Shown here piece after piece: positions 1 to 37,434 of a DNA stretch of 64,000 nucleotides; the stretch's first letter is position 1, and the number at the start of each line of letters is the position of its first letter. Source of the DNA: Macrostomum lignano (taxonomy: Eukaryota); the NCBI GenBank assembly GCA_002269645.1, contig NIVC01001149.1, positions 287,781 through 351,780 on the forward strand, written 5' to 3'. The notes under the pieces were generated by a model. The model worked only from the letters and a program-made list of their open reading frames with translations, was not told the origin of the DNA and searched no databases. A program made the translations under genes and the position numbers.

Positions 1-165
1 TGAGAAACTTTAGAGTTCGTAAGTAAAAAAATAATAACCGCGAACTCTTAGATAGAATTTTCAAATGGCATTTCAGCCTCTTACCCCTGCCTTCATCTTC
101 GAAAAATTGTGTAAATCCTCAAGAAAGTCGAGCTCACATCCAGCCGTCCTCATAGTCATTGTTGG

Positions 166-23110
<22,945 letters not shown>

Positions 23111-23145
23111 CTTTGGGTGGTGGAAAAGTGTTGGTGGCATTGGTT

Positions 23146-23643
23146 TAAGACGCTTTGGTGTGATCAGAGACGCTTTGGTGTGGTCAGAGATGTTTTGGTG
23201 TGGTCAGAGACGCTTTGGTGTGGTCATAGATGTTTTGGCGTTGCCAGAGGGGTTTTGGTGTGGTCAGAGACGCTTTGTGTGGTCAGAGATGTTTTCGTGT
23301 GGTTAGAGACGCTTTGGTGTGGTCAGAGACGCTTTGGTGTGGTCAGAGACGTTTTGGTGTGGTCAGAGATGTTTTGGTGTGGTCAGAGACGTTTTGGTGT
23401 GGTCAGAGATGTTTTGGTGTGGTCAGAGACGCTCTGGTGTGGTCAGAGATGTTTTGGTGTGGTCAGAGACGTTTTTGTTGTAATTTATCAGAGACGCTTT
23501 GGTGTGGTCAGAGAGACGCTTTGGTGTGGTCAGAGATGTTTTGGTGTGGTCAGAGACGCTTTGGTGTTGTCAGAGACGCTTTGGTGTGGTCAGAGACGTT
23601 TTAGTGTGGTCAGAGACATTTTGGTGTGGTCAGAGATGTTTTG
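23146..23643. repeat. 20-bp minisatellite (TTTGGTGTGGTCAGAGA + CGC/TGT)
   Basis: Tandem units abutting the acceptor region of the TM1 exon. Confidence 0.95.
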
Positions 23644-26600
23644 ATATGACTATGAATTGATGTGACCAGGACACTTGTCGCTGCGAGCTATAAATAAAGT
23701 TGATTTTGTGTGTTATGTAATCATAGATACGGGCTTCGTATCGATGGATGTCTGCTTCTCTATCAATAAATGAGCTGAATGATGGCTGATTGCACGAAAG
23801 CACTGCAAACACGGGGATAAATTCGCATTCAGAAGAAACGACCCATCTAAAAAAGAGGAGTGGTAGCGGCTAGGATCGGGAGAAGGATACTGACGTACGC
23901 GCTCTGGCTCTTTCGTGACACCCCGACTCCGCAAGCAGGTCGAGTCAGATTCCATTTCCTGTTCCATTGTCAACAGTGGCATGACAGCGTTGCCCCCTTG
24001 CCCTGATTAACTCTTTCCTCTCAGCCCAGCAGCTCCAGTCTCTACAGCAGCTCTGAGACACCCAAGCCGTTTCCCTTCTTCTCTCCGTCCCTTTCAATGG
24101 TTTTCTCTATCCGATCGAGTTTTTATGCATCGAAAAGCAGCAGTCAATGCTTACTGCCAGCGTGCACTATCTTCAGTACACCGATGGAAGCAGGAAATCT
24201 CAGTACGGATTCACGGGACTTTTGAACTGTCCCAAGGAAGCTAAATGAGAGCCCAGGCTTCCTTGAGCATTGAATTTGTTATTGTTTGGAAAGTCGCACA
24301 TGCTATTATACCGTATTATTTATAAATTTTCAAGGAGCTTTGCTGACGTAACAGCGACCTCAAGAGAGACACTAACAGGACAAGCATGATGCAGCAGAAT
24401 GAGAGGATCATGATTAGACTGACAGATGTTTCCTGACGAGCTTCTTCTGTTCTCGTTCACCTGCCCAGCTTCGAATTTTTCAGCTCCCAATGCATCAGAT
24501 AAGGGGCTTCTCAATTTTCCTAATTTAGCGGCTTATTTCTTCGAAACCAAATCATGCTCCTCGCTCTTGCTGTGACATTGTGACAGTTGAGAGCTCGGCT
24601 AATTTTAGACGTCCGCGTTCACGCATAACCTTAAAATGTGATCTTGTTCATTCATGACTGATCACCTTAGATATTGCATTACAAATAACACTTTTAACAC
24701 CAACTCAAATCATGGCCAGTGCCGTATCCAAGGATCGGTGAGGCACAGAGCTCGCCCTGAATTCAGCTAATTCGCTCATGTACCTACTGGTACCTACTTT
24801 CTGTCTCCAACCATTCATTCAGTGCACGCCTGCTGAGGAGGCGGGCGGGTATTTACTCAGCTAAGAAGATAAAAAGTCTACTATACCACCCGTGGCCGCC
24901 CTGTTCAGTAAGGACAAAAGTCTCTGGAACTTTGTTCTCCTGCCCTGCTTTAGAGCCTACCGTGCTCAGATACTACTCCGGTAAAATCGGGCTAGACCGG
25001 CTCTGGCTTCTTTGACTCACTCTCTCCAAACCAATTTTGTTCTCTGATCCCATTGACAAATGCCAAATAGAGATCCCACGCAGAAGGCCGGGGTCACGCC
25101 AAGAGGCACCTGTGTGAGCTATGAAACTTGGTAACCTCGATAATTGGAGACGTGGAAACACTGGAGATCGCAGTCACAGTGCTTGGCTAACTGTCTGGCT
25201 TTCTTGAGGAGAGAAAAATTCAACACCAGATAAACTGAAAAATCATAAAGAAAACCTTTCTGCGTTGGAAATCCTACGAATTTAAGCCTACTTTTAAATC
25301 AAAGGTTGGCGGGCTTTAGTTACCTCAAGAGCGAGATAAAGAATCCAGCTCATGGCTCCGGGCTGGATGAGAGTGGATTGGAGAGGGCATAAAAGATGAG
25401 AGGTGAGAGAAGAGAGGAGTGGCGAGAGATGGATGAGCGAAGAGATAAGAGGGAAGATAAAGGAATATTATTGTAGATGAGAGAGACGAGAAGGGAGAGG
25501 ACGGGACAGAGGAAGAGAAGAAAGAAAGAGCTCAGAAAAGACAAAAGCCTTGAGCAGGCCAATTGCTATTGTGAAGTTCCAAAGGACAGATCTACTTCCT
25601 GTTGAACAAACAAAAGCTCAGCGTCCTGGGCATCCTAGAAGCCTTGGGTCTTTGCGGACAGCCTAAAAACTCCACTTCCTGATGAACATCCCGGAACCTC
25701 TCGCGGAATCTTGATTCATTGCAACAGTAAAAGTCCAAATCTAATGCTATGTCGTCACGGCTACCCCAGTGCGAGCTATCATTATAAACTTGTCTAGTCC
25801 GTCAACAGCAGCTCGTAAACAACCAAGTACACTGGGTCTCAATTTAGACGTACGCTATGACACGGTCCCGTATTTGACCAGCCCTCTGCTCTTTTACTCT
25901 TGTCACGTTTAATAGAGAAAGAATAAAAAGAAAAACACGAATGAACTCGAGTATGACATTGAACTTCATGCCAGATAGTATCTCGCATTGTCACGTAGAG
26001 AGGACCCTTTACAAGCGGGCGGACGAAAAAACCGACTGTCTACAAAGGACCTCCCTGACAATTTAGTCAGTCAGCTTTTCTTCTGTCTGACTGGATCCGA
26101 AGTGAAAATCCTTCGGCTCCGCACAAATAGTTTACGATTATCAGCCTCTAAGCCTCAGGAGGGAAGTCCACCTTCGCGCACTATCGCTTTCTCCGTTCAC
26201 CCTCTGCTCTCTGGCAACCTTTTTTCACCTTTCATTTCCCGCCTACATCGGCTTAACCACTCCGGCTTTCCGTCTCTTCTTTTTAAAAGCAGCAAAAGCC
26301 ACGGGAAGGACCGGGGCAGCAACTTCATGTTCCACCTCATCTTCGGCCGAAAAGCGAAGACTGACACATCCGCTTAGCCTTGGCGCCAGACGGGCCCAGA
26401 AGATTCGCCATTCAGCTGCGTCCAGCCTGCTTCATCACCCCATCCCCTGCCTAAACTAGCTTGATGATGGCGTGCGGGTCAAGGGATGGTGGCCAGGAAT
26501 CCGACTGGAGTGGAATGCGAATTATAAGTCAATTTTGTGCTTGAAAGCGTGAAAAGGCGGAATAATAATGTTTTAAAGGCTACAAAATTCTGCTGCTGAA

Positions 26601-29039
26601 TGGGGAAGTGCCGACTTGGAATTGGCTTTCTATAAAAAGGGTAGTGGGCGCAAGCAGGCAGTAAGGCAGACTCTCTGTAAGAGTTACAGACGCTGATACA
26701 ACTCACAATCGGCACGAGTTTCTCCTTCGCCTCCGAACTGCCGACCCGTGCTGATGCCGGCAGGTCATATCGGTCGCGGGGGGGCCAATTTCCGAAATTC
26801 GAGTTCTCAAAAACAAATCTAGCGCTTTATAAAGGGACTTGGTATTTATAAAGAGACAGAGACCATTCCAAAGGCCAATGAATCTTCGCTATGTGCTGTT
26901 GGCAGCACACCTGAACCCAACAGTTAGTCTGCTTCAGTAGCAATCAAGGCAAATCTGATGACCTGAGCCAGAAACACAGCGCGTGGACTGTCCCAGTGCC
27001 AGACTTTTGTAGCTTTTTTATTTCTATTCCTCCAGCTGTCTGCCGGCTCAGTTTGAGTAGCCAACCACGGAGAGCGCGACGCCTCCTCTGACCAGCGGCT
27101 CAGGTCCGTGTGCGGGCAAGTGTGACAAAAACCGCCCTGACAGACAAATTTCTATTGGCTGTTGATCGATCCACCAACCAGAGAGTTGTTTGCTTGAATG
27201 GCAGTGCGCGGAACAGACAATGAGAAGATGAATGCTGGATTTAAAAAATTCTAATCTAAATAGTTAGTTAAGAAATAAATTTATGCTCCGTTTAACTTAC
27301 TAACTCTGATAGCCACACAGAGCGTGCAGAACGAGAGTGAATCTCAGAACACAAAAAATGAAAGAGTGCGTGACTTCTGGGGGAGTAGCGGAAATGAGAG
27401 CTGCGCGAGGTGAAGAGCTTAAAACAAAGCCACAAACAATGGGCGCACTTCCCTTGTGCACTTCCTTTCTCTCTCTGTCCCATCTCAGAATCTATTCTAA
27501 TGTCTGTTCAAAGCCTTCCACAGCAACTACTCAACCTCTCAGTTACTCTCTAGCTAGTTTATAATAAAACTCTGCTCCCATTTCTCAGGTGAAAATTGTA
27601 CTCTCATAGCATCATTAAGAGCGCGTGCGCGAGACAAAAGCTAAAAACGCTAAACAGTCTCTAGCCGTGGAGTGTCGTGGGTGTAGGTTTGTCGTGCCAA
27701 CAGCTTGAATGAAGTGAACCCAAAATATGCTCAAGAAGCCACTTGATCTCCGCCTGTCTGCCGGTCAGTGCGCGGTCCCCAATCAAGCCTGTCCACGCGA
27801 CTTCAGTCGATTGGTCTCTAAAACTAAGATTTTTTCTTCTGGCTTAGCGTGAAAAGTGGCACTTTTAGCTGACTGACTCGCCATGGCATTCTACGAGCTA
27901 GCTGAGAGGCACTCTCATGCGGTAAATTGTCTTTGCTGGATTAACTAGATTAAAGCACATCGCGCTACTTCAGGCTTTTTAGCGTCACAATAGACCAGTT
28001 TTGCATCTTTATGAATTAACAAACAAGTGACTCTTGACAAAAGCAGATCAATTAACTAACGGTGACAGAGTCAGGGTTGACACACGTAGGGGGAAACAGA
28101 AATGCGTTCAAATTTCGGCTCCAAATACAGTCTCAGGTTCGATTCCACAATGATTCTACAAAAATTAGTCTTAGGACGCTAAGGACGCTAAAATTAGTTT
28201 TAGTCTTTAGTCGCTCACGTACACCTCGTATGAGCACGTATTCGTGTGCGTGCTGGGTCCTTATGATGCATTTAAAATCAGTCAAATTACAGATATATTC
28301 ATTCGAATCAGTTATTTAATTGTAATCATACGGATTAAATCGCTTTTCTCGACGTGTCTCCTCGGAAATTGATGCAGCAAAACGGCGGCCTCTTCACCTG
28401 AAGAGCGAGCGGTACTTACTAAGTAGATAATTAATTTAGCAACTACTTTAACTGGTTCATCAAGTACTCTACCTGAATAGATTTTGGCAAACACGCCTCG
28501 GCATGGGCTCTGACACCTAGCTGTGTCAGTGGCAGTGAGGCACGGACTGCCCCAGCATTTGATTTGTCCGCTCAGCGGCTCTCACTGTTAGACAACAATA
28601 TTGCAGTCGGCTGCTTTGAGCCTTTGCAAATAGTGCCACGGCTTAATCAGGTCCGCCTCTCTCTCCCTCTGTCCTGTGTGAGCTAGGCCCCGTCTGCCTG
28701 CCTATTATGAAATTGGCGCGTTAATTAAGGATGGAAATGGGGCTTATTGACTTGAGTCTTATTTGAGCTGCTTGCATTGAATCGGACTGCATTGGGGTGC
28801 GATGGAGGAATTGGATTCTGGACTTTGTGAGTCCGATTGACTGGGTTGGAAAGTTTGATAGAAATTGCTCAGTAAGGCAATGGTAACTGCCGACAAAAAA
28901 GGGTGCAGGGACACCGAGAGGGTAAAATGCGACTTGGCGTGAAGCGACTGTCTTGAATGACCTGCTATGAAAAAAACTTTTAGAAGCTGTCAGAGGCTTC
29001 ACTGCTAATGAGGACAAGGACAATGGTGCTAATGGGCAC

Positions 29040-29260
29040 TGACGAGAATGATGTTCATGAGAACAAGGATTTCTATGAGAGCAAGAATTTTTATGAGAAC
29101 ATGGATTTTTATGTGAACAAGGATGTTAATAGGAAATGAGAACAAGGATGCTGATGAGGACTAGGGAGTTGATGAGAAATGAGAACAAGGATTCTAATGA
29201 GGACTAGGGTGTCGCTGAGAAATGAGAACAAAGATGTTAATGAGGACAAAGATGTAGGTT
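29040..29260. repeat. Degenerate GAGAACAAGGAT-based repeat
   Basis: Imperfect units of variable length. Confidence 0.7.
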
Positions 29261-31502
29261 AAATATCAGCATCGTATAAAGATTTGTGTTACAATTGCAG
29301 GTTAGCACATTGTCCCACGCTGTAAAATAATTATTCAAGACCAATAAAAATAAATTTATGAGGACAATGTGGAAAAATCAATTATTGTCTGCTTCTAAAA
29401 CACTAAAAACATTCTTATTCGTCTTTTAGGTCCAATGAATCATAGGTGCGCGCAGGATTGAAATTTATGTTTAGAAATTGAAAAAGATCATGTCTTTGTC
29501 TATTATAATGGCAACTAGTTTTAAGTTCCAATATCCTTACCCTTCTTCCCTCACCCCCCTCACCCTCTCCAGCGTGCAATGATTGAGTTTGTCTATGGTC
29601 AAAATTCATGGTCCACGATTGAGATAGAATCACATACGAATACGAACGCAATATAAATACAAACTTTTACAGCTTGAATTGTTAAACATAATATATAATT
29701 AAACATAATACTGCTAAGACTTAACGGCCTTTCTGGGGGGTTTCCCGACACGATCGAGCGAAGCTGTTTATGGATCAAAGATAGAGAATGGTTTGGCTAA
29801 ATTCTGAGGATACAGAATGGGAAACATTATCTGCGTTCAATAAATCTTTCCAATTCCATCTGGTCGCTCGTCCTGTCTTCCTGGGGCTCTATGCACGCCC
29901 GATTAAAGGTAAAAAGTGTGGGAAAACGGTTCGCCATCAGCGGGGGGGGGCGGAATTTTCCCATTCCCCCCGTTCTCTCTCAACTCTTTTCCTAAGCCAT
30001 TTGTATACCTGCCTTTGTGCAAGCGGTTTATGATCTGCGTTCTCGCTTCATCCCACCGGCACACAGGACCGTCCGCGTTCTCTCCTTTACAGCTTGGCAA
30101 CCGCGGCTTAATCGATTTGAGCTCAGAGCGGATTTTCTGCGCATTCTCGCATGCCACCAGCGCTTCCTTCGCATCATCAATCTGTCCCAGGCTGGATCTG
30201 CTCGATCAGTACCTACCTTGACAACGGCCGGTCCCCAGCTAACACCGGGTGCGCACCTGGTCCGGCTCGCTCATTCACTTTCTGGGATTAATTTCGGTTC
30301 GGGTACAGAGGAAAGTTTATTTTTTCCGGCAGTATGCATTTGTCGATTGGCGATTGGAGAGAGAGAGCCCTGGGACGATTACATTTACCGAGCGAGCGTT
30401 CAATTATCCAATTAATTCAATTTCCCGGTGCAGTCATGTCTTCATCATGGGAACGAAAAAAACTTTATTAATCCACTCTGATCTTTCCGAGACTGTTTGT
30501 TTCGGTAACTTTCACCCACTGAGCTTAAAGCGTTCAGCATCCCAAATAGAAATTTTAATGTGGCTCTTCTTCAGCAGCATGCTCTGAATTTATAGTCTTG
30601 TTTGCCCACGGCCAAATTATTCAAACTACTCGTAAATTGAATTTACGCATTCAGTTTACGTTTGGTAAAAAGCGCTAGCTACTACTTTGCTTAAGTAGCA
30701 GTGTAAGATTTATTTGTTAAACGAGGTAATTTACTCACTTTGTTCAAATTTGTAGGTATAGAAATTTACAACCTCACAATTCATTAAAGTAGATGTGCCC
30801 TCGTATATTCTATTCATAATTCCTTCGGGTATATTATATGATAAATCACAGGTTAAGCTAAGTTCCCTCCAATAATCATATATGATGGGTCACGATCATT
30901 CACCGCTTCAGTGGCCACAGAAGCTAATGTGAAAAAAATATTGCAACTCGCGACAGCGCGAAAATCAACTACTGAGCTCAATTTCGTCAGTAATCTCTGC
31001 AGTGCATGCATCATTATTAATATTAATTGATTAGCTATTTATTTAATTCATTTTCTTGCATGTCCGAGATACAAAAATTCGATCCGTTCCACTGAGATAC
31101 CTGCGAGGGCTGTACCAATCGGATTACAAGTTGTTAATATCTGACGAAAAGAGCGAGGTCCAAATGGCGCCTCTTGGTGCTTGTGCACCTTGGTGCTAAA
31201 ACCCCTTGGTGATAAAGCCTTTTGGTTTTTGGTGCGCAGTCACTCCAATAGAAAAATCCAGGCTACGTCCCTGCTCTTTGGGCACCAAAAACTGTCCAAA
31301 CTAAGACGCTTTAGGGACACAAATCAGTTCACGCAATGACTGTTAAGAGCTATGGGGGTGAATGGCAGCTCGAAAATAGGCATCAAAGTTACGATATTAA
31401 GCTTTCGACTTTCCTCCGCATTTAGTAAGGCTGTAAATTAATTCAATGTGATTCAGAGCGCCAAGCTTGTGAAGGCTACTCCAACACCAGCTGACACGGC
31501 GG

Positions 31503-33170
31503 CTACTGCGGCCCAGTTTCAGTCGACTCCCCCCGAGCGCCGGTTCCAACCTTCGAGCAGGCGGCGGTAGCGGAGCGCAGCGATCCGATCAGCTCAGCGA
31601 TGGCGTCTCGGTAGCGCTCTCCGGCGTAAATATAGAGCAGCGGGTTCACCACAGCGTTGGCGGACATCACGATCACGGAGACCACGAAGGCGCTAGACGA
31701 GAGGCTCTGACGTTGACCAATCATATCGGCTGCAACCACAATGAGGCACACGGCAACTGGCAGGTTCATGAGGCAGAAAAGCGACACAGTGAGCACCAGG
31801 ATGAAGAACGTGCGCTGATCCCGCTGGTATCGCTGTTGACCCACCGAGGTCGTGCTGCTGCGGGTGACCCGCCTCTCAACAACGGATGCCCGCGTTGGGT
31901 TGTAGACTTCGATGCTGTAAATGATCAGTATTGCGGTACTATGAAGGCTAGAAGAAGTTGGCAACTACTGGACTCTAAAATCCCTGTAGACCGCTTTTTT
32001 AGATGCGAGATTCATTTTCTAACTGTGAATGAAAGTTGCATGGCACCAAACTGACCAATTGCAGAGATCCAACTTTCCGATTTCTCAAGTAGCATTTCTT
32101 GAAAGTTTAATTCTAGAGCAACATTGTGGTGCTAAAAGACAACTCTGGATGCTACAACACAGAAGCGAAACCAAAGTCAGCTACTATGTAACTTGCCCAG
32201 ACACTGGTATGTCAGGTCGTCCAGACTGTTTTGACTGCTGCTGACCGGGCGGTGACTGCCCGAATCTCACAGTGTGAGCCGGCGCTGCTGCTGGTTCCAC
32301 TGCAGCTGCACCCAAGTCCTGCGGTTTGTCCACTGCTGCTACTGGCGCTACGGCTACCGCTTCAACAGCCGCCGCTGCCAGCACGTCCTGCCTTGAAGCT
32401 GCAACGCCGCCACCGCTGTTGACGGGATCCTGCTGCGACAGGCTGCGGTTGAGTCGGCGACGGTTGATGCACACAACTCGGCCGATGGCGGCGTAGCAGA
32501 AGGTCGACAGCGCCAGCGGGATGACGATCGTCACGATGGAGAGAATTAAGGTGTAGCTGTGATAGAAAACTGCGTCGGGTCGGACGTTGTAGGCGCAGAT
32601 CTCAACCTGGATGCCGTCCTGCAGCTGGGCGGTGATGACGGTGAAGAAGGCCAGCGACGGAGCGGCCATGAGACCAGACACGAGCACGATGGCTGCCAGC
32701 AGGAGGCTGCGCCTGCGGCTGATTCGGCCAATGGGCTGGCCTCCGACAATGCCCTTGTAGCGGTCCAGGCTCAGCAGGCACAGCAGCCAAGTAGTGAGGC
32801 AGCCAAAGCTGATGAGAAGACTGGGGATGAGCTTGCACAGAGCTTCGCCCAGCCGCCAACTGCTGGTTAGGCGGGTGATGCCGAGAAACGGGGTGGTGAC
32901 TGACATCACCCAGCGGCTCAGGCAGACCGCCGTGATAAGCAAGTTAGTCCAGTTGCGCACCTGTTTGTGCCTGACGAACAGGTGAACCATCATCAGGTTG
33001 AGACCGGTTGACAACAAGAAGATCAATACGAAGGCCAAGAACTCAAGCCAGGGCCCCAGCATGTTCTGCCGGTTGAACTGGCTGAAATACGTGAAGACGA
33101 TGTTGCAGGAATTCGTGTCCGGCAGCGGATGGCACAGGTAGGAGACATTGTTTGCCTCTCGACAGCACAT
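31503..33170 (-). CDS. Class A (rhodopsin-like) GPCR, two exons (33170-32197 and 31914-31503)
   Basis: Seven hydrophobic segments, W..G...C in ECL1/TM3, LSLDRY, TM5 IP...CY, TM7 NAVVNPLLY; the phase-2 junction G|IEVYNP uses a GC donor. Confidence 0.9.
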
Positions 33171-34125
33171 TGTAGCCCGCTGTAGAAATCAGTCTCTCTG
33201 GTTAAACTGAAGGACCAGTCTGTCTAATTTGTATGCGGAAATAAAGTACTAGTGTATATTTATGGCGCTCAAGTTTACTTCAGATTAGATAAAACTTCTT
33301 GGATTTTTCCTTCCTTTTTGGGCCTCTGCTATCGAGCGCGGACCAGAGCTGCCCAATACCGGAGCGGCGAGCCGCTCACAGACCAACTGGACTGCCGGTG
33401 CGCCCGCAAGAGTCATCGATAACCCCGGAAGACGGAAAGGGGCGCGGCCGGCCCCACCTCCGGCTCCACCTCCAGCAGGGCAAAAACAAAGTGCTGCGGG
33501 CTTCGCAAACTTGGCGTGCATTGGGATTTGAGGGTCATAAATTTGCCTCTCTCCCTATCTAGAGGGGGAGTGTCTCCCTCCAAACCCTTTGTAGCTTTGC
33601 AACCAAATTTATGCCGTGGCTGAAGCTGTTTTCCTTATGTTGCTATGGCTATGGGGAAAAGTGCAGGCTGGCTTTTGAGGACCTTTTTATGCAGAAAAAC
33701 TGCACAGCCTCAGTGATAAGCAGTGCGGTTGTTCCGGAGTATCCAGAAACTTGTAATGATTCTAAGCCTATAAATGCTACTTCATCAAGGCTGTTCCCTA
33801 CATTCGAATTTGCAAATAGTTATACCGTGTCTGTTTTATGTCGAAATTGTCCCTATAAATCTGGGTTGCGATTTTAGATCTTTCACAATTCGGCCCATAG
33901 CCGCAATATATCCAGTTCTAGGCGGAGGCAGAATTTTATTTTGTTTAATTCGTCTATTTTTTAAATTACATTCACCTTGTGTCCGCTTCATCTTTGATTT
34001 CGGTGGTTGCGGAGCTTCTGGAACCTGATCAACAGATGGCACAGTCTATGGTGCAGAACATGTACGACATCGCTGATCAAACGAACGTCGACGTTTAGAA
34101 AATTTGAAAACTGCTAGCGTCTTCC

Positions 34126-34575
34126 AACTAGTCTCTCGTAACTAGTCTCTCATAAGTAGTCTCTCATAATTAGTCTCTCATAACTATTCTCTTATAGTTA
34201 GTCTCTCATAACTAGTCTCTCATAACTAGTCTCTCATAACTAGTCTCTCATAACTAGTCTCTCATAACTAGTCTCTCATAACTAGTCTCTCATAACTAGT
34301 CTCTCATAACTAGTCTCTTACAGCTAGTCTCTCATAAGTAGTTTCTCATAATTAGTCTCTCATAACTATTCTCTTATAGTTAGTTTCTCGTAACTAGTCT
34401 CTCATAATTAGTCTCTCATAACTAGTCTCTCATAACTAGTCTCTCATAACTAGTCTCTCATAACTAGTCTCTCATAACTAGTCTCTTACAGCTAGTCTCT
34501 CATAAGTAGTTTCTCATAATTAGTCTCTCATAACTATTCTCAATAGTTAGCCCCTCATAACTGGTCTCTCATAAC
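34126..34575. repeat. 14-bp minisatellite (TAACTAGTCTCTCA)
   Basis: Tandem units with block duplication. Confidence 0.95.
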
Positions 34576-36954
34576 CAGTATCCCGTAACATACCATAATT
34601 AGTCTATTATAAGTAGTCAATGCAGACACAGAAATACAGTCATAAGAAGCTCACTTTGAAAATTAAAAATTGACTCAATGTAGTTCATTTAAACTTGTTA
34701 CCGTGCTGCATCATTTGATTCCATGGTTGTCTTTGGAAGCGATCGATGCTCCACGTCATCCACTTCGGACGTTGTCCCTTCAGTGGTTACGCTGCTAGCA
34801 CGGTAGTGGTAATGACGTCTTCATCTGGCTACATCAAATCATTTGATAATCTTCATTTTGGAGCCCATCAAATGATTTGATGGTCCTGGAATTATAGCAA
34901 GTTAAATAATTGACTGCGCGTTCCTGGCTCAGAATGAGCCGAATAACGGTCAGTTAAATAGGCAATCGGATTTTATCTATGAAAAATCCATGTGCACATA
35001 CACATTGACACGAATGTACTGCGTCTGCCAATGTATTGATGATATTGCTGCACGGAAGGACAAACAAGAGACACTCTTGCGCATCAGTGCTTTATTTCTG
35101 ACTAACTGACAGCAGTGGTCGCAATGACTGGCATGGTCTTACGCTGCGCACTCATTGCGTAAAACTGCTGTACGCTCATCATACAAAGCTTCGAAACCAT
35201 TGGGTACGCGGTTGCTAAAAAATGCATTCATGAGCCAATTTGCTGGGGCAGATGGCTTTTGTAGATTTTTTGTGACAATATAGCTTCGGCACTCGTAAAA
35301 AATTGTCTATCTGCCGAACCATACACACAATCTACTGCATTAGGGTGAAAAATTCAGGGCTCAAAAAACCCATAGAAATACGAGTACTGTCATTTTCAAA
35401 GCGCTCCTTTGTGCCGGTCTTTTTTAAAAAGCTTCTAGTCGACGAAATTATAGTCGAAGCAGTGCTCCTGTCCTCCTGTCAGAGACAATTGGTATCGGGG
35501 TTCACCACCAGGGCGCAGATTTATCGGAAGTCGTCGCACATCTCGATGCCAATACCGACAGGTGATATGTGTACTGCCGAGATTCAAACTAAATGTACAG
35601 CAGTTCACAAGTGAATCAAGAATTTGATTTTATATCTGTACATACCTAGGACTACCATCAGACCTAATTACCGAAGCTCCCTGTTCTTAAAATTTTGCCG
35701 ATTAGATGAAAAGAATGGGAAGTACCTGTGCAGCAAAAATGACTGCTCAGGACATTAAGCAGAAGTAATGAATTATTGTACCTGTGCTTCTCCTGCTGTC
35801 TAGCACAGTGGTTTGGGCTCTCCGACTTCTCAAAAGGAAGCATTCTATTAGCTCTTAGTAGTGTCGGTAGTGCTGCCACCAGTTCCTTCAGGTCTCGGCC
35901 TTCGGTGAGGTGAGCTTCCAGTCGGAACGAAATAACGAAGTCAACGAACTCATCACAATGTCCAGATTTGCAGCTCAACGTACAGGGCGTCTCGTCAGCA
36001 GATCCTGCCGGGCTTGGTGGGTGGATGGGAGGGCTGTGTTAGCCTCTCGTAGGCACGGGTTGGCTTTGAGGGGTCTCGGTCAGACCAATAGCAGTAGGTT
36101 AGCGTACGCAGGTTAGTGTACGTGAATTGTTCTATTTTTAGAACTGAAGTCACTTGGGGTCTGCGGGCAGAGTGCGCCAGGCTGTGACTCAGTGTCTATT
36201 TTTAGAAACATAAGTCACTCCTCTCCTTAGAGAAGGGAAGGGCCTTAGGCACGTGATTCTCCCGTAAACAGGACCAGCGAGTGCAATAAACATGTTTACT
36301 GCACTTTAGGACTCCAAGAAAACAAGATCTGTCATGTGACTTGCTCACATGACAGGGGAAACGGCCAACAGCTTGACCTCCAGACTGGAGCGAAACAAGG
36401 ACAGACCACATCAGAGAAGCTGAGGGCTGAGAACAGGAGCACAGAAAACGAGCAGCAAAGGAAAAAAGGGGCAGCAAACAGCCGGACGAAAAGGGGGGGG
36501 GGGGCTGGCCAGCGGCAGACAGCAACCCAGGGCGAAAGCGAGGGCGAGGGAAACTGCTGACTAAGTGTGACGCCTAACCAAACCAGCGGATCACTACAGA
36601 ATCAGGCTCCAAGTGTGACAGCTGAGCGATCGGCGAGTGTCGGATCTCTGTAATATTCTCGTCGAAAGCAACTCAATATTTCAGGCAATCAGCCCTTCCT
36701 CTCGCTTAAAATACGATCTACAACGATTTTTTTCAAAAGCATGTTGCCAACAAATTCACTCAATCCTCTTGAAGCAGAAAGCTGCAGATATCCTGCAAAA
36801 ATATGCTTTCCTATTGAAATGTATCATAGCAAAACAATTGAAAATAAAATTCAGTCTAAAACTGCAGCTATATTGGACTACAGCTGCCGAAAATCAGTTA
36901 GGAGTCATCCAGTTGTGAGACGAATTTATCTGTAATATTTCTGCTGGATCTCGG

Positions 36955-37250
36955 CACTACACGAATGGTGTCAGACACACCTACACGAATGGTCTTACAC
37001 ACACCTACACGAATGGTCTCACACACACCTACACGAATGGTCTCAGAGACACCTACACGAATGGTGTCAGAGACACACCTACACGAATGGTGTCAGACAC
37101 ACCTACACGAATGGTGTCAGAGACACACCTACACGAATGGTGTCAGACACACCTACACGAATGGTGTCAGACACATCTACACGAATGGTGTCAGAGACAC
37201 ACCTACACGAATGGTGTCAGACACACCTACACGAATGGTGTCAGAGACAT
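36955..37250. repeat. 23-25-bp minisatellite (CACACCTACACGAATGGTGTCAGA)
   Basis: Tandem units. Confidence 0.95.
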
Positions 37251-37434
37251 CAAAGGCACTGAGACACTCGGCTGAAATTCATAGAGCAGGTCGAGTGTCA
37301 AGTAGACAATCATTATAAATGTGCAGACCGGAACGTGTTCGTCCCGGCAAGGGACATTCGTTGAGCTCGGTCCGAGTGCCGCTCCGATTGCCAGCAGCAG
37401 CGCCTGTGCTGACAGCTGGATATGCTGGGGTCCC

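Noticed and set aside
23713-23982. Candidate first exon of the channel gene
   Set aside because: No HG motif in the open frame and no phase-2 donor to match the 23110 acceptor; left unresolved.
29903-30415. Overlapping short ORFs in a GC-richer patch
   Set aside because: No recognisable domain or consistent splice sites.
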